Source: Ascidiella aspersa
Lineage: Eukaryota
Direction: 5' to 3'
DNA: 64,000 nucleotides
Assembly: GCA_963924565.1 (NCBI GenBank)
Contig: OZ004610.1
Coordinates: 28,706,001-28,770,000, forward strand
A program made the translations under genes and the position numbers. The stretch's first letter is position 1. The number at the start of each line of letters is the position of its first letter. This document shows, in pieces, positions 1-13,208 of the stretch. A model generated the notes under the pieces. The model searched no databases and was not told the DNA's origin. It saw only the letters and a list, made by a program, of their open reading frames with translations.

Positions 1-404
1 AACATGCGATATCTGTAGCAAAAGAGGGAAATTACCCTAAAAGTCCCGCTAAACTTCACATTGGTTCACATTCAAAATGTTGGTTTAGCAAGTATTTATA
101 AATTATGTTTGCGAAAATAATTATTGGGCACAAACTAGCGTACTAATATTTATGGACACATACCAACAACTGGAATTTCTGTTAAAACGATAACGTTTTG
201 CATGCATGTCAATATAACTCCTTGTTACTATTAGTTCAGCATTTTTTAGGTTTTCTTCATGATATAGAAATTTTGAAAAGAATAAATTTAGTTGTCCCAG
301 AAATAAAACGTTACTTTTGTTTTTACACATTTTTGTAAGAATTTCTGTTAAGATTTATGACACTGTCAAAAAAATCAGTTAACCCAGTGACGTAACGATA
401 CTCG

Positions 405-890
405 CACGGCATGGAGCAGGCGTAAATGTTAAATGGCTCCGGCTCCGGCTCCAGCTCTCTTTTATATAGTTTAGCTCCAGCTTCAGCTCCGGAGCTTATT
501 GATACCACTGCTCCGGCTCCAGCCCCGGCTCTGTTACGCTAACAACTGAGGTTTAAGGATGAACGCTTAATTTGCAATATCTAGCGTTTCAAAATAATCA
601 CAAACAAAACACCTCTATAACAAAACAAAAAAAAACGTCGTAATGGTTAGTGAGATAAGGTGGCGCCAAAGAAGCAACAATTCTTAATTTTGTGAAGGGT
701 TGCTGTCAAATTATGTGAATTTAGCCATTAATAGTAGCAGAGCATCTTATAAAATAAATCGAAGCCAGAGCTATTTTTTAACAACTGCTTCAGCTCCGTT
801 TAAATTTCACGTAGAGCTCCAGCTCTAGCTTCAGCTCCGGTAAAAATGTACAGCTCCGGGGCTCGGGCTCCATGATCCGGCTCCGGCTTT
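405..890. mobile_element. MITE with GGCTCC/AGCTCC hexamer subterminal arrays
   Basis: Clusters of ggctcc/agctcc repeats at 435-530 and 790-887; exact ends unclear. Confidence 0.55.
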
Positions 891-996
891 AATCTGGAAA
901 TCACAGCTTATTGCTTGGTAAATAAAAAACAAGATCGTATGGAAAATGTTTAACATGATTTCGGTCAAGTCGAAAATGTATATTGACGATTTAGAC

Positions 997-1514
997 AAGG
1001 GGTGTCAAACCAGTGGCCCGCCTGATGTTTCAGTAGCAATTATTTAAAAAAAATTATCTCGACTATCATCAAAACGTGTAAAACGAGTTGTATTTGATGT
1101 AGGCCTATAATCTTATGTTTTTTCTGAGACTGTAATCGAGTCTCTAATGTAGCATTTCAACAACCATCGAACACTTGTGCACTTATCATTGTTAAGCAAG
1201 ATGTGTGTTTATTTGAATGTGTGTTCTTGCGGACTGTTTTAAGGAAATATATCAGCCTAAAGGTGTCTTACCATGGCATAAAACGGCATGTCAACTCAAT
1301 TTTTATCGCTTTGCGCAAAAAGGCCGAGATTTACTTGTATATTTGCGCACGAGTTTACCCTCGAAGAGCGGGTGTTTATAAGTAAAGTTGTTTTATGACG
1401 TCGCGCTATGACGTAAATTATGACGTCAACCCTTTAATCTAATAGGTTTTGCGGCCCATCGAAGTTTTAAAAGTGGCAATGCGTCCCTTTCTGCTAATAG
1501 GTTGGACATCCCTG
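997..1514. mobile_element. hAT-type MITE (CAGGGATGTCCAAC family)
   Basis: Ends aaggggtgtcaaac...gttggacatccctg with GCGGCCC subterminal motifs. The 3' half is homologous to 3194-3484. Degenerate TSD atttagac/atttagct. Confidence 0.7.
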
Positions 1515-2606
1515 ATTTAGCTTAATCAGGATATGTCAGCTCGTTACATTCCGTTTGAGGCAGTTTGCATTCGGCATTATCTTTGCCGGCGAGCGATTGA
1601 CAAATACACACACACACACACATGCATGCACGTGTGTACGGCTACATACGTTTCGATTCGGTTCGCGTCTCTGTCGATTCGAGAAGGCCCGCGACGGCTT
1701 CCGCTGACTCACAATCGTCGATTGTTCTTCTTCTTCTGGGTCTTGCCAGCTTCCTGAAGCTGCTAGTCGACGCGATGCAGTCTTGTCGCAGGTTCGCCTC
1801 GCCGACAAATTGTGAAAAGATAAACAATGATTTAATTAGGTGTGCCGAAACGAACGCTTCGTTTTTTGTTGTTTCTTGAAGTGTTTCAGCGTAGCGTTTT
1901 TACGTGTAAAACGACAAGCAACGTTTTTATAGTTTTTTTTTCGAATTTGCATATTTTACGTGCTTTGAAAAGTAAAAACAAATTTCCGGCTTTAGTTAGC
2001 TGGGGATTTTGGAATGTCCCTTTTTAAAGTGACAAGTTTTTTTGTTTCAGGCCAGTGGTATATTTTGACTTTATGTTGCACTATTCAGCATGTCGAAGAT
2101 CTTTTAAACTGCCTTGTGTCACATTAGTGTAATGCCATAGTTTTCCAGGTCTAGCGTAAGAAGGTGCCCAAAATTTAATTTTACTTAACATTTTTGATAA
2201 AAATAAATAAATATAATTATATTTGGAAATAATTTCTTAATAAAAACAAAATTCAGTTATGAAGTAATATATCCGTTGAGGTGATATCACAAGTATATAA
2301 TTGGCTTGTTCGATCTCCAGAACATTATGCACTTAAAATAACTTGCTAAATAGTATCATATTGTAACAATATTTTTAGTGCCTTGAAATATGTTCAATTT
2401 GTACAACGTGCTCGACAAAATAAAGCAGTAGATGGATATTTATTGCCAGCCCAAGACAGCAGACTGTTAGACACATAAAAGTCAGCAGCTGGACACAGAA
2501 CTGTTTAAAAAACAAGATTTCTAATTAGCTCTAATGTTTCTAGGTGGTTTGTGTGCAAACTATAACTCAATAAGAAGTGCTGTGTTTGGTGAAGCGACTG
2601 GGCAAA

Positions 2607-5600
2607 ATGTTAGGGAGTAGTGTCCCATGGATCGTTGTGATCTTATCGCTGGCAGGATTAAAGTTTCAAGCCCAAGCAGCAGTTCGTAAGTTTAATATGT
2701 CTACAGCCAAGAAAGGCCAAATCTGCCTAAAAAGTGTATTAGATATTTCGTTAATTATAGCTTAAAGGCCTCCCAAAAAGAATAGTTCTTTTGGGGACTT
2801 TTGTGATTTCGAACAATGCATCTTTCCGTAATTTTTGGACAACGCTACGGCTCATACAAATCCAAATATGAAAGCGTTTTCAAGTCAAAATAATTTTTGT
2901 TTTGTAGCCATGGTTCTTCCGAGTTTGAACGAAACCGACGTACAATGCAGCCCCTATCCTGGATTCAAGTATGTATTGTTCAATTACAGCTGAGCCGGTT
3001 ACATCAATTAAAAAAAATGTCCACGTCATAACGCGTTTTATGCTCGTGTTTTAAATTAGACACTAATGCATTCCGTTTATTGAATTTTCTAAGACCCTTT
3101 TCTGTTTTTTAAAAAGTTCTTAAAATTGTTAACAAGTCATTTCAAATTAATTAACGTTCTCAGTCATTAGGTACCGGTGCACATGTCCCAGGCCAGGGAT
3201 GTCCAACCTGCGGCCCGCCTGGAATTTTTGTGCGGCCCGCTAGTCATTTTCACTCCCAAGTAGTATTTTAAACGTTCAATATTACCCTAATTAAAATGTA
3301 CCAGTTAGCTTTTAGGGGCGCACTAATAGTATAATATGGGTAAAATATATATATATATACCTCTAAAGGCCCGTTAAAACTCTAAAGGCCAATATTAAAT
3401 CTTGATACTTAATAGGTTCTGCGGCCCATTAAACTATTTCAAGTGTCAATGCGGCCCACTATAATAAAATGTTGGACATCCCTGTCCCAGGCGAAGGCAG
3501 TCGTTTCCATGTTATTCACTGTTAATAAATCTTGACAGTTAAATTAAGTCAATACATTCTATGTTTCAAGTAACACTTTGCTAAGCAACAGCATAAAACG
3601 AACAAAAAATATAGTTCAAAACATTTTTCCGAATTACTTCAAATCAAGACAAGTCATTTTGCACCAAGATATTATATTCAAGCCAAGTCATTCGAAAAGA
3701 GTGACTTCAGTCAAGTCATACGAGACCGGAATTCTGTTTCTCTTTTTGCGTTTTATTGAACAAATACAAAAAGTTTTAATTCTACATTAAATTTACATAT
3801 ATTCAAAGGCCTAATAAAACCGTTTTTGAGGCAAGCAAGACTTTAGTTTTAAAAACTATACTAACCTGCCCTCAATCGGCGAAAAGACGAAATATTTTAG
3901 GCAATACGCCTTAGCCTCAAATATACAAATAGAAAAATAGCTTTTAGAAACTCAATAATTCGGACCCTAAAAAAATGGATTAGGCGAGCAGCTTAAGAAT
4001 TACAGCACAAGCCATTTACAAATTAGATTCGAATTCGAATTTGAAGCGATTTGTATAATTTATTTTAAATTGGGCAACCAGAATGTCCTATATTTGTCTG
4101 TCTAAGTCTGCCGTGGTATCTTCAATTAATATATTTTCTCAATGTTGCTTGTTAGTATTTCGAAGGCCTACATAATGGCGGCCGGCATAACGGACGTGGA
4201 TAAGGTTGAGTTGGTGAGTGACATCAACCAGGAAAACGTTACTGCCGCTTGCGTCGCAAATGACGTCGGTGACGCTTACGCGTTCGTTCTGGAAAACACC
4301 TACGCCGAGTGTGCCGCGACGGTAACGGTAAGATTACTAGGCGGCATTTTTTGTGTGTGTGATAAGGATGTTTAATCTTGGAACGATCCGAGTTTCGGAA
4401 CGAAAGATAACTTTTGAACGCAAAAAAACGTATGAAAGTTATTTTTTGTCAATTTTCAACGTATGAAAATCAAATTGTGAAGTTAATAATGTGATGAAAG
4501 TTTAAAGGATTTAGAAGTGTTGAGATTTCGAAAAACCAATATAATTAAAGAACACATTGTATAAAATTATTTTCTTAACATGTTAATTGTTTTTTTTTTA
4601 ATAATGACATTTACAACAAAAAAAGTGTGTTTTTGCTACTTCGGAAAATAGGAAAAAAATAACTTCGAGAAGTTAGTTTATAAAAAGTATGAAAGTTGTT
4701 TTATTTTAAATCCGGTAAGAGATGTTTTAGATAACACTTACAAGAGATGATTTAAGACCAACGGCAACATTAGAGCACTGCCTTTGTATTGAAGTCAGGG
4801 GTACGAACAAACTTGCCACCAAGTACGACTCTTAAGCACCTTAAAACGCTGTTCTCTTTTTTGTTTTGTTCTGTAGGATCTGCCAGACGATATCCAGCAA
4901 GTAACCTACTTCATTCGAGTCACGCCATTAGCGACTTCCACGATTTCGAGAGTGCCGTGCATTTTTATTCGCGTGGACTGCGACTACGCGGTGAAACTGA
5001 CTGGCAACCTGGTTCCCCTCCATCCTAAACCCAAGTAAGAGTGAACTGTCGTGTTGTAGTAATTAAAACTTGGCCTAAAGTGCAATTAAGTCAATCTTTT
5101 TAAAATGACTTCAGTTGAATTAAGTCTTTCGGACAAATGACTAAGGTTGAAATGAATTTTTTTTGTTAAGTGTTTGTTTTTAAATCGGAACAATTTGATT
5201 GCACGTTGTATTTTTGTGACAAGGACTTGACTTGAAGTTGGCTTGAATTGGGCAACCGATGACTTGACTGGGTCTTGACTTGGACTGCAAGTAATTTGCG
5301 AATGACCTGACTGGGACTTATGTCATTTCAAAATGCCTTGATTACAACACTCGTAAATTAACTTGGTGAAGCAGCCTATTAAACATTTTTGGCTTAATAG
5401 AACGCGATACCTTTACTGGCAGCAGGTTTTTATCCTAATGCAACTATAAATAAAAAAAAAAGCATAAACCACGGGTGGATCCCAAACTGTATTTTTTGCC
5501 CATGTTAGCTACAGTAATGCAACAATTTTTCGCGCTTCGCAAATCTAAATTGTGTTTATAGAATGTCATAGCCCATTTTGATTAAGTCGTTTAAGCGCAA

Positions 5601-8600
5601 ATGCGTATGCATTATTACCTGTACTAATGCATTATTACCTGTACCTACAGTTCAAAATTTAGAGTAGGAAAGTTGTTTTAATTGGGTAATAAAAGACAAA
5701 AGACCAGTATTGTGTCATCTAAGTATGCAAAAATAGTAACAGTTTGTAAGTTACAGAAGTACGCTATAGTTTGAATTTGACAGATTGCTGAATAATTTTG
5801 ATTTCTCATATTTGACATGTGAACACACTATTTCCAGTCTTATCACGTTCATTTGTTTGCAGCCTGAAAGCTAGTCTGTCAATTTAAACGAGTAGCCCTT
5901 GTTTATAATATGGTTTCATAGTTATTTCTGGTATCTCTTATTTTTAAAGTTAATGAAAAAAAAATCCTAAATATACCACTTACAACATTTCTATTTATTG
6001 TGATAAATATTGGTAATGGAATACGGTTAAGCAGCATGTCATGTGGTTAGTGTTAAATAACTTTAGTGAATTTAACTAAAACACATAACGTGCACAATAT
6101 TCAAGTAATGAAGATTTATAAAAATGGCTGGTTGCTGTACGTCTTCATCAACGACCTATAATACCCTTTTTTCCCAATAAATTGTATAAAAAATTCTTTA
6201 AATCTTTAAGGGTACTCAGTGTAATTGCTAGTGTATTTGTACTGTTTTTTTAACTATGTTGTGGTAGTAAGAACCGACCCTGATATCGTCCTAGAACAGT
6301 TTTCCAATTAGGAATCTTTCTAAACCGGAGCCTCTGTTATTTTATTCAGGAAGAACACCAACGTGGTGAGTCCGGTAAAGATCGACTTTAAGCTGGACAT
6401 TGGCCTGTTCAACTACAGCTACATCAACCGCGTAGTGGACTTCCCATACCGTGTCCTTGTCCACGACAAGGTGTATGTTGGGATATGGCTGGAGCCGGAA
6501 CAGCCAGGCATAATCTTGCAGGTGGGCCATAGATATGCAATAGGGTTTGGTGGGTAAGTTGTCTTAGGTTTGGGCTTAGCTATTTCTTGTTTAGGTCATG
6601 GGTAAGATTTTTTGCGCGAAATTATACGGGATAGGTAAGGAAGCAAACAGTAGTATGGGCAAGACTATGAAATTCGGAATAGATATGGTGACAAGTAGGG
6701 ATGTCTGAATTTTACTTTGTATTTAAATACCGGTACTCGATATTTTGGGCCGCATATTTTTCAAATCGATCCTATACGAAATGACGTGATTTAGTGCCAC
6801 CCAATAAATCAAAATCGATGATATTAAAATATTTGTAGATAAAGGATACTGGGCGACAAAATGCTTTAGCGTTAAGAAGTCTATAGTAACCATTGGAGTT
6901 GTTAACCTCTAGTCTATAGTATACTATATGTTTTAATAAATTTACCTTTCAAAGTATAATCGCTGTTTTGGATAGAAAATCATGGCTAAAATATTTTCTT
7001 AATTTGTTTCCGGATCGGCAGCAATACCACCAAGTATCGGTAAATTATCAATACTACCGCTTGGCATTAAGTATCGGTGTCAATCCTTTAAAATAGTACA
7101 TCCCTAGTGTTACGTGTTTATCAACACTTAAACACCCAAATTAATTAATTGCCATAAGCCAAATCTTAGAGTTCATTAAGTGATTTTACGATGTGATAAA
7201 TAGGGTTTTAGATTACGCGTTTCAGCTTTCGTTTGCCAAATATGTTCTTCAGTTACACCTAGTGACCGGATAAGAAGATGGGTGGTTGGTTAAGCATTGT
7301 TAGATGGGGTTTGTAAAGTAAAGCGGTGGTTCTCAAACTTTTTATGTTGCGACGCCTCTGGAAAAGTTTTCTGGACTTGCGACGCCCTCGAAAATAAAAG
7401 TTAATGAGAAAACTTTTGATTTAAGCTGTTTTATTGATACAACAACAAACAGCAATGCATATTATTTAATGTGACGTGTGGGCTTGTTTGTTTTTACAAA
7501 GTTCATTGAATCTTGGGAGAATTTTTGAAATTGCCACACGCATTTCTCTTTCTGTGTTAATTCGTGATTGATATTTGCTTTTATCATCGCCAAAGCAGAA
7601 AATCCTGCTTCACATAAATACAACGTGGCGAATGGGATAATAATTCATAGTGCACCAAAGCTGGATAATCGGCATTCATTGAAATCCAAAAGTTGACCGA
7701 TTTCCTGTATTAAACGTCAATGTAGGCTTCTTTTTCTTGTGCAGTAAAAGAAGGTAGTAGGTTGTACAAAAGGGTCACGAATCCATTCGTAGTTCGAAAA
7801 AATTTCGGGGAAGTATTTTGAAAAGTTTAAAAAAAATTTATTTTTTTCGACTCGAGCTTGGACAATTTGCAAATTTAAAGGCAGCGTCATACTTTTATTT
7901 TCAAGCAAATTGGACTTTCTCTTTTCAAGCAAATTGAAAATTAGAGTATTGAGAGCATCCAGACAGGTTTGCTTTGTGATAAACTAATTTGAAATTACAC
8001 AATGTTACTGCTGTATATTGTCGCGTAACAACGCATTAATAAACATGCAAGGAATTAAAACTTTTAAACAGTTAATTCAAATCTATTAATCAACACTTAA
8101 AGAACAATTTTAGTCCAACTGATTTTCGAAAAAGTTATAAAACTACACTTAACCTCATTTTATAAAATAAACTGAGTTCAGCCACGAAACGGAACTATTC
8201 TGCGACGCCCTTGGGAAATTGAAACGACGCACCAGGGCGTCGTGACGCACAGTGAACCACTGAAGTAAAGCAATGAAGGTGGGGTTGCAGGGCTTCGGGG
8301 TATCCTGGGACGTAGTAAGGGATGGAGAGTTGGGGTTAAAACGGGACGGGTTGCCAACGTTCCGATTTTGCCGGACTTGTCTTGGATTCTAGTGATAAGC
8401 CTTGTTTCCATGAGGAAATTTTAACCTTGACCAATTAAGTTTAGTGGTAAAATTGAAATGGGACGTTTGGCGTTTGACCATTAGAGCAACATATACCTAA
8501 ATAGTATTTTATTAGTGCCTCTACAGTTGGCTATCAAACCTGCCATAGATATGTCCGCCGTTTTGAATTGATAACCCTAGTCAAGCGTCATGTTTAGACT

Positions 8601-11600
8601 TGCACGAATAAGTACTGCGACGATACTTCAACTAAGTACACGTGTATCGTCTTAAACTGTTTGTCTTAAATACAGGATTCGGCGAATGGCGAATTGGGAA
8701 GGCATGCTTATTATGTTAGGTTAAGGTAGTAAACGGGTTAAATAAAAAAAACAGATATCATTTGTAGTTTTAAACAGTTTTACATTTTTTAACAAAAACA
8801 GGGCCGAAAGTGCTGGGCAACTCCTGAAATACAAAAAGAAAGCCTCCCAGCCTGGTTCTTGATTATCGATGGGTAAGTTAAAATTTGACTCGATGAATAA
8901 GTGTGTGTGTGTGTGCATTATGACTAGCCCCGTCCGTTTGACGTCACAGTTGCAGTGGTGATGACGACACGGTTAACATCACGACCAACTTCGTGGGCAA
9001 CCACGTCCGCTTTAACTTCGGCGCCTTTACCTGGCTCTTTGAAAGCGATCTCTCGAGGCAACGCATCTACATTCACTGTCAGCTGACTGTGTGCGACAGC
9101 ATTAACGAAAACGAGTGCTTCGACCACGTAAGTTGCGTTTAAAAGGCTCTGTTACTTTTTCTCACTGTTGTAAACAAGTCATTTTGAAATGACTTACGTC
9201 CCAGTCAAGTCATTTGTAAAATAACTAAAGTCCAAGTCAAGTCATTTGTAAAATAACTTAAGTCCAAGTCAAGTCTTTTTGAATAAATAACAAGTCCGAG
9301 TCTGATTCATCAGTTGCGCAAGCCAAGGCCCAGATAATAATTAGAGCAAGTCAATTCAAGTCACGTCGTTGTCATAAAAATAAAACGTTAAATTATAATA
9401 ACTTTGAAACTTGACAATAATAAACTAAAAATGCAGCATAAAGCAAGTAGTTTGTTTTATTTGCAACAAAATTGATAAATAGCTCAATTTTATAAAAAAA
9501 ATCATTTCATTCATTTCAAACCAAGTCATTTGTCCAAAAGACTTTAGTAAAGTCAAGTCATTTAACCGAAAGGCTAAATTAAAGCTAAAATAAATCTAGT
9601 TGTCCAATTCTGGGTTTCACAAGGTCAAGATGTTTGAGAACCCCGGCTCTAACTCTTTTCCGCTAACCTTTTTAAGATTTCGGTAATTTTAGTTCCAATC
9701 TAATTTGGAAAAACTGAAAAGCTCTAATTTTAATTCTCATATATTTTTAAAAAGCTAAAATACACCGAGTTGTCCAAGTCTGGGTTGTTTCGCGAAGTGA
9801 AAATGTTTAAGAACCACTGCTCTAACTCTTTTCCTCTAACCTTGGCAAATGGCAGAGCTGTGCCGCTCGCAAACGACGTGAGGTTCCATCGATCAAAAGC
9901 GATCTGCCGGAAGACGAGGTGATCACGATCGGACCCATCGTGCTGGATGCGGGTGAACACTCCGAGGAGGAGGAGGAGGATCGTGACGTCACGGAAGAGC
10001 AAGAGGAGCAAGATGACCAGGAAGAAGAAGAAGTAGCTCATTTGGAGCACATCAAGTTTACACCGGAGAAATTTGCGCCTGTTTGCGATAAGGTACGAGC
10101 GATTATAATTGTTGGTCGTTAATCATTTTTGTTGTTTGTTAATATAGTTGCAGATAGGGCACTCAATCAACTCGTATATCAGACACCAGCGTTTTAAGGG
10201 CGTATGCTAAACTGCACAGCATTGATGTCACTGTTTCAAAGACGTGATTTTGCTCAAAGTCCTTCGAGGAAAATTTATTGCCTTACTAATTAGATTAGAG
10301 AGCCTAAACAGCTTAGATAGATTGTGGAAGTTCCCTACAATATGCCCAAAGGGAGCACGCTGCAGTGGGCAACAACAAAACAAAGACACTCGTTTTTGCT
10401 TATTTTAACTACGTAAATGCAAATTTTGGGGATGCGTTTCTAGTATGTCTTCACCTATTTTGAGAAGACCAAAGGCACTGTGCGTCTAAATGCAAGTTGT
10501 TTTGTAACATAAACAAAATAAAGGCGTTATCGCATTTTCCTGAATCTGAAACACCTTTGCAATATAGTTTTGCATTAAAAGTAACATCTAACCAACCTAA
10601 AAATTTAATAAATGAACGAACTATGTAGTGTTCTAAATATTACTTTGTGACAGGTTTTGAGGTAACGTTGTGACCTCACCTTATGCATAACTGTGTGACA
10701 CTATCAATGAACTTCATGGCCTCCCTTAAACAAAAATCCTGAATATGCTACTGACCACAATATGTCCTGCTGGAATTTGTTGTTATTCCCCTATAATTGT
10801 TTTGTAGAACTTGCTCGGTTGTTCCCATGACTGCGGGTTCAGCGGGTCAAACCAACCCATCTGCGTTTGTCCATTCCGCTTCGTTCTGGGTCTTGACGGA
10901 AAGACGTGTTATCCAGGTAAGGCGGATATAAGAAGCACACATGTTTATTTTAGGGGTTAAACCAGAGCTATAACGAACGCTTGGAGTTTCTAACAGTCCC
11001 TGGAACATCTTTCACATCTGAAACAGCCTTATGCTGACAATTGTACCATTGACCAAGTGCTTAAAAATTGGGATTAAAGCAACCTAAAGTATAATTTTCA
11101 CGCTTTAACTCTATGTCTTTAAAAGTGGTTCTCAAACATTTTTGGTTTGCGGCACAGTCTTAAATCTTTTGCGTCACGCTTTTTACATAACAACAATGTA
11201 GTGACTTTCCAATTGTCCTGAACGCACTATAAACAATATGTAAGTGGTGTTTGAATAGCGTAAATTTCATTTTAGATAGTGCGTATTCAAGTCTCAAATG
11301 CTTAGGTGTCTGCCTATTTGTGATACAAATAATTTATTTTTACAAAATTAACAAAATGTTTCACGGCACACTTAACAATCTCTCGAGGCACGCTTATCTC
11401 AGAATCACCGCTGTAAACTAACACACCTGGATAAAGCTGGCCACCTCACGGTCGACCAAATGTCTGTCCGTGTACCTTTGATAAACACCAGTAAATGATT
11501 GCTATTATGTATTCGCTAATTTGTTGCAACTTAAATAAAACCGTTCGCTTTCAGCTGTACAGACTATTTCAACGAGGTCCGAATCTCCAACAAAAATGCC

Positions 11601-11685
11601 GAGTCATCTCCCGGTACTCGCCCTGATCGCGGGCCTCATTTTTTGCATCGTCATCCTTCTGGTTAAGATCCAAAACTACATATAA
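2607..11685 (+). CDS. Zona pellucida (ZP) domain protein: signal peptide, ZP-N/ZP-C, furin site RKRR, acidic linker, EGF-like domain, C-terminal TM helix (~455 aa)
   Basis: Manually spliced GT-AG exons 2607-2685, 2908-2968, 4156-4327, 4877-5034, 6350-6521, 8802-8872, 8950-9127, 9856-10092, 10808-10916, 11555-11685 (1368 nt, phases consistent). Signal MLGSSVPWIVVILSLAGLKFQAQA. ZP-C motifs KCWATP, LIIDGC, RFNFGAFTW, IYIHCQLTVC. CAARKRR furin site and EHP VITIGPIVL. EGF CDKNLLGCSHDC..CVCPFRFVLGLDGKTC. TM LPVLALIAGLIFCIVILLV. Confidence 0.9.
3194..3484. mobile_element. hAT-type MITE (CAGGGATGTCCAAC TIR)
   Basis: Perfect 14-bp TIR and perfect 8-bp TSD TCCCAGGC (3186-3193, 3485-3492). Confidence 0.9.
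5050..5352. mobile_element. GACTT/AAGTC-pentamer MITE (CAGTGTTGTAA TIR family)
   Basis: Ends gtgttgta...tacaacact with many gacttg repeats; homologous to 42750-43036. Confidence 0.7.
6696..7106. mobile_element. TAGGGATG-TIR MITE with ATCGG/CCGAT subterminal repeats
   Basis: Ends tagggatgt...acatcccta. Related copies at 17356-17698, ~34090-34497, ~46030-46290 and ~53985-54362. Confidence 0.65.
7324..8262 (-). mobile_element. Non-autonomous hAT (Buster/Charlie-type) transposon with a degenerate transposase C-terminus
   Basis: TIR-like ends CGGTGGTTCTC...GAACCACTG and a perfect 8-bp TSD AAGTAAAG (7316-7323, 8263-8270). Minus-strand remnants FSKYFP..WIRDPF, IPFATLYLCEAGFSAL..KSKY..R, EMRVAIS...PRF..LC..KQAHTSH*. 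Confidence 0.88.
9163..9570. mobile_element. GACTT/AAGTC-pentamer MITE copy
   Basis: Starts cactgttgtaaacaagtcattttgaaatgactt and carries tandem caagt/aagtc repeats. Confidence 0.7.
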
Positions 11686-13208
11686 TTTGTTCGATATATC
11701 CGCCGTATGGTAACCTTGTTTTCTGTTGTCGTGTGTGCGCCCGAATCATACCATCGCAGCGTGTTGCTTCGCATGCACAATCTTTTTCTCAAAACGTTGT
11801 AAAAAAACTACAAAGCATAATTAAACGGGATAAATCGGAACTGTGTACATCTGCTTGGCGTAACGGATTTTCCAACGATAACATAACGCATCGATAAAAT
11901 ATAATTTATCCTACAGAAGACATATAAACGCCCACATTAAATGTTATACAACGCCGAACAGTAACGCATTAACGAAACGTGTTAACCTGATAGTTTTGGA
12001 AAGAAATAAAATCAACGAGGTAAAGTAAGTAAAACACACAGGTAAAAGAAAGTGATAAAAAAAGAAGTCTCCGTATAAATACGAACATTAAAACGCTTTA
12101 CTAAGATTTTCACAGATATCGAAAAAAAGTTATATAAACAGTCAAAAACTAAACAAAAAATGTGCTATTTAAGCAGATGATGTTTGTCACTTTTTCATTT
12201 AACTGGCGTAAAAAGCGTCATACAATGAAACGACTGGACTTTTGCAAAACTACATAAAGGCGCTTTAAAGGTTTAACATTTTTAAACCTTGCAGTAATTT
12301 CATTTTCTACGTTCCCGGCACCATTGGATGTCCGTGAGCTACAAATGTAAAACACTTTTTGATTTAAGAAATACATATTCAGACGAGTTTCCTGAATCCA
12401 AAAATTACTTTAAACCTAATTGTAATTGCACGGCAAAACCTGAGACAGGCAGGTAGACAGATAATACCGCTTATGCAAAAAACAAATTCTTTAGGAAAGA
12501 AGGAATGTTCAGGTGTGGCAAAACAGACCGCTCATTCTTACCGAAAACGAAAAGTGATTCTCCGCCATTTGTGTGCTGTACAGTGACTGGCGTCAAAAAA
12601 GCATAACAGGGGTACAGTTGCCTAAAAATGGGGGCCGACAATTTTGTGATCCCGCGACTTTCAAGAGCGCGAAATATTCAAATATTCGATAAAAATATAA
12701 AAACTGACGGTTTAAAAAAGAGGATTCTTCATTCTAGGCTTTGGTGAACCTAGTTTCTTCACTAACCTTTTGTAAACGAACAAAATAATTGGCAATAAAA
12801 AGTTCAATTTTTTTTAATTTATTTATGTCTTCGTATTTCTTCCCTAAGTTGCCTAAATTTTGCAGAAAAACATAGTTTTTTGCATAAATTTTGCTTGGAA
12901 CTAGATTTAATGAACCAACCGTGTGAATTATAACTACACTTGGCGCTCTACGAAATAATACAGCAACCCAGCTTTGGATCGCGACCCATGGGTTAAGAAA
13001 CACTCCTTTAACAGTCATGACTCTAAGTTTACAAAACGTTTAGCAAAAAGAATTAGGTCGCCAAAGCTTCTCTTTTATATGTGAAAAAAGCTTGAGAAAC
13101 ACTGCCGTATAACACGGTTTCATAAGTAAAACCATAAAACCATGCAACTTTTACTGTAAATTGAAAAAAAATATATCAAAGGCATATATATTTGACAAAA
13201 TCTACATT

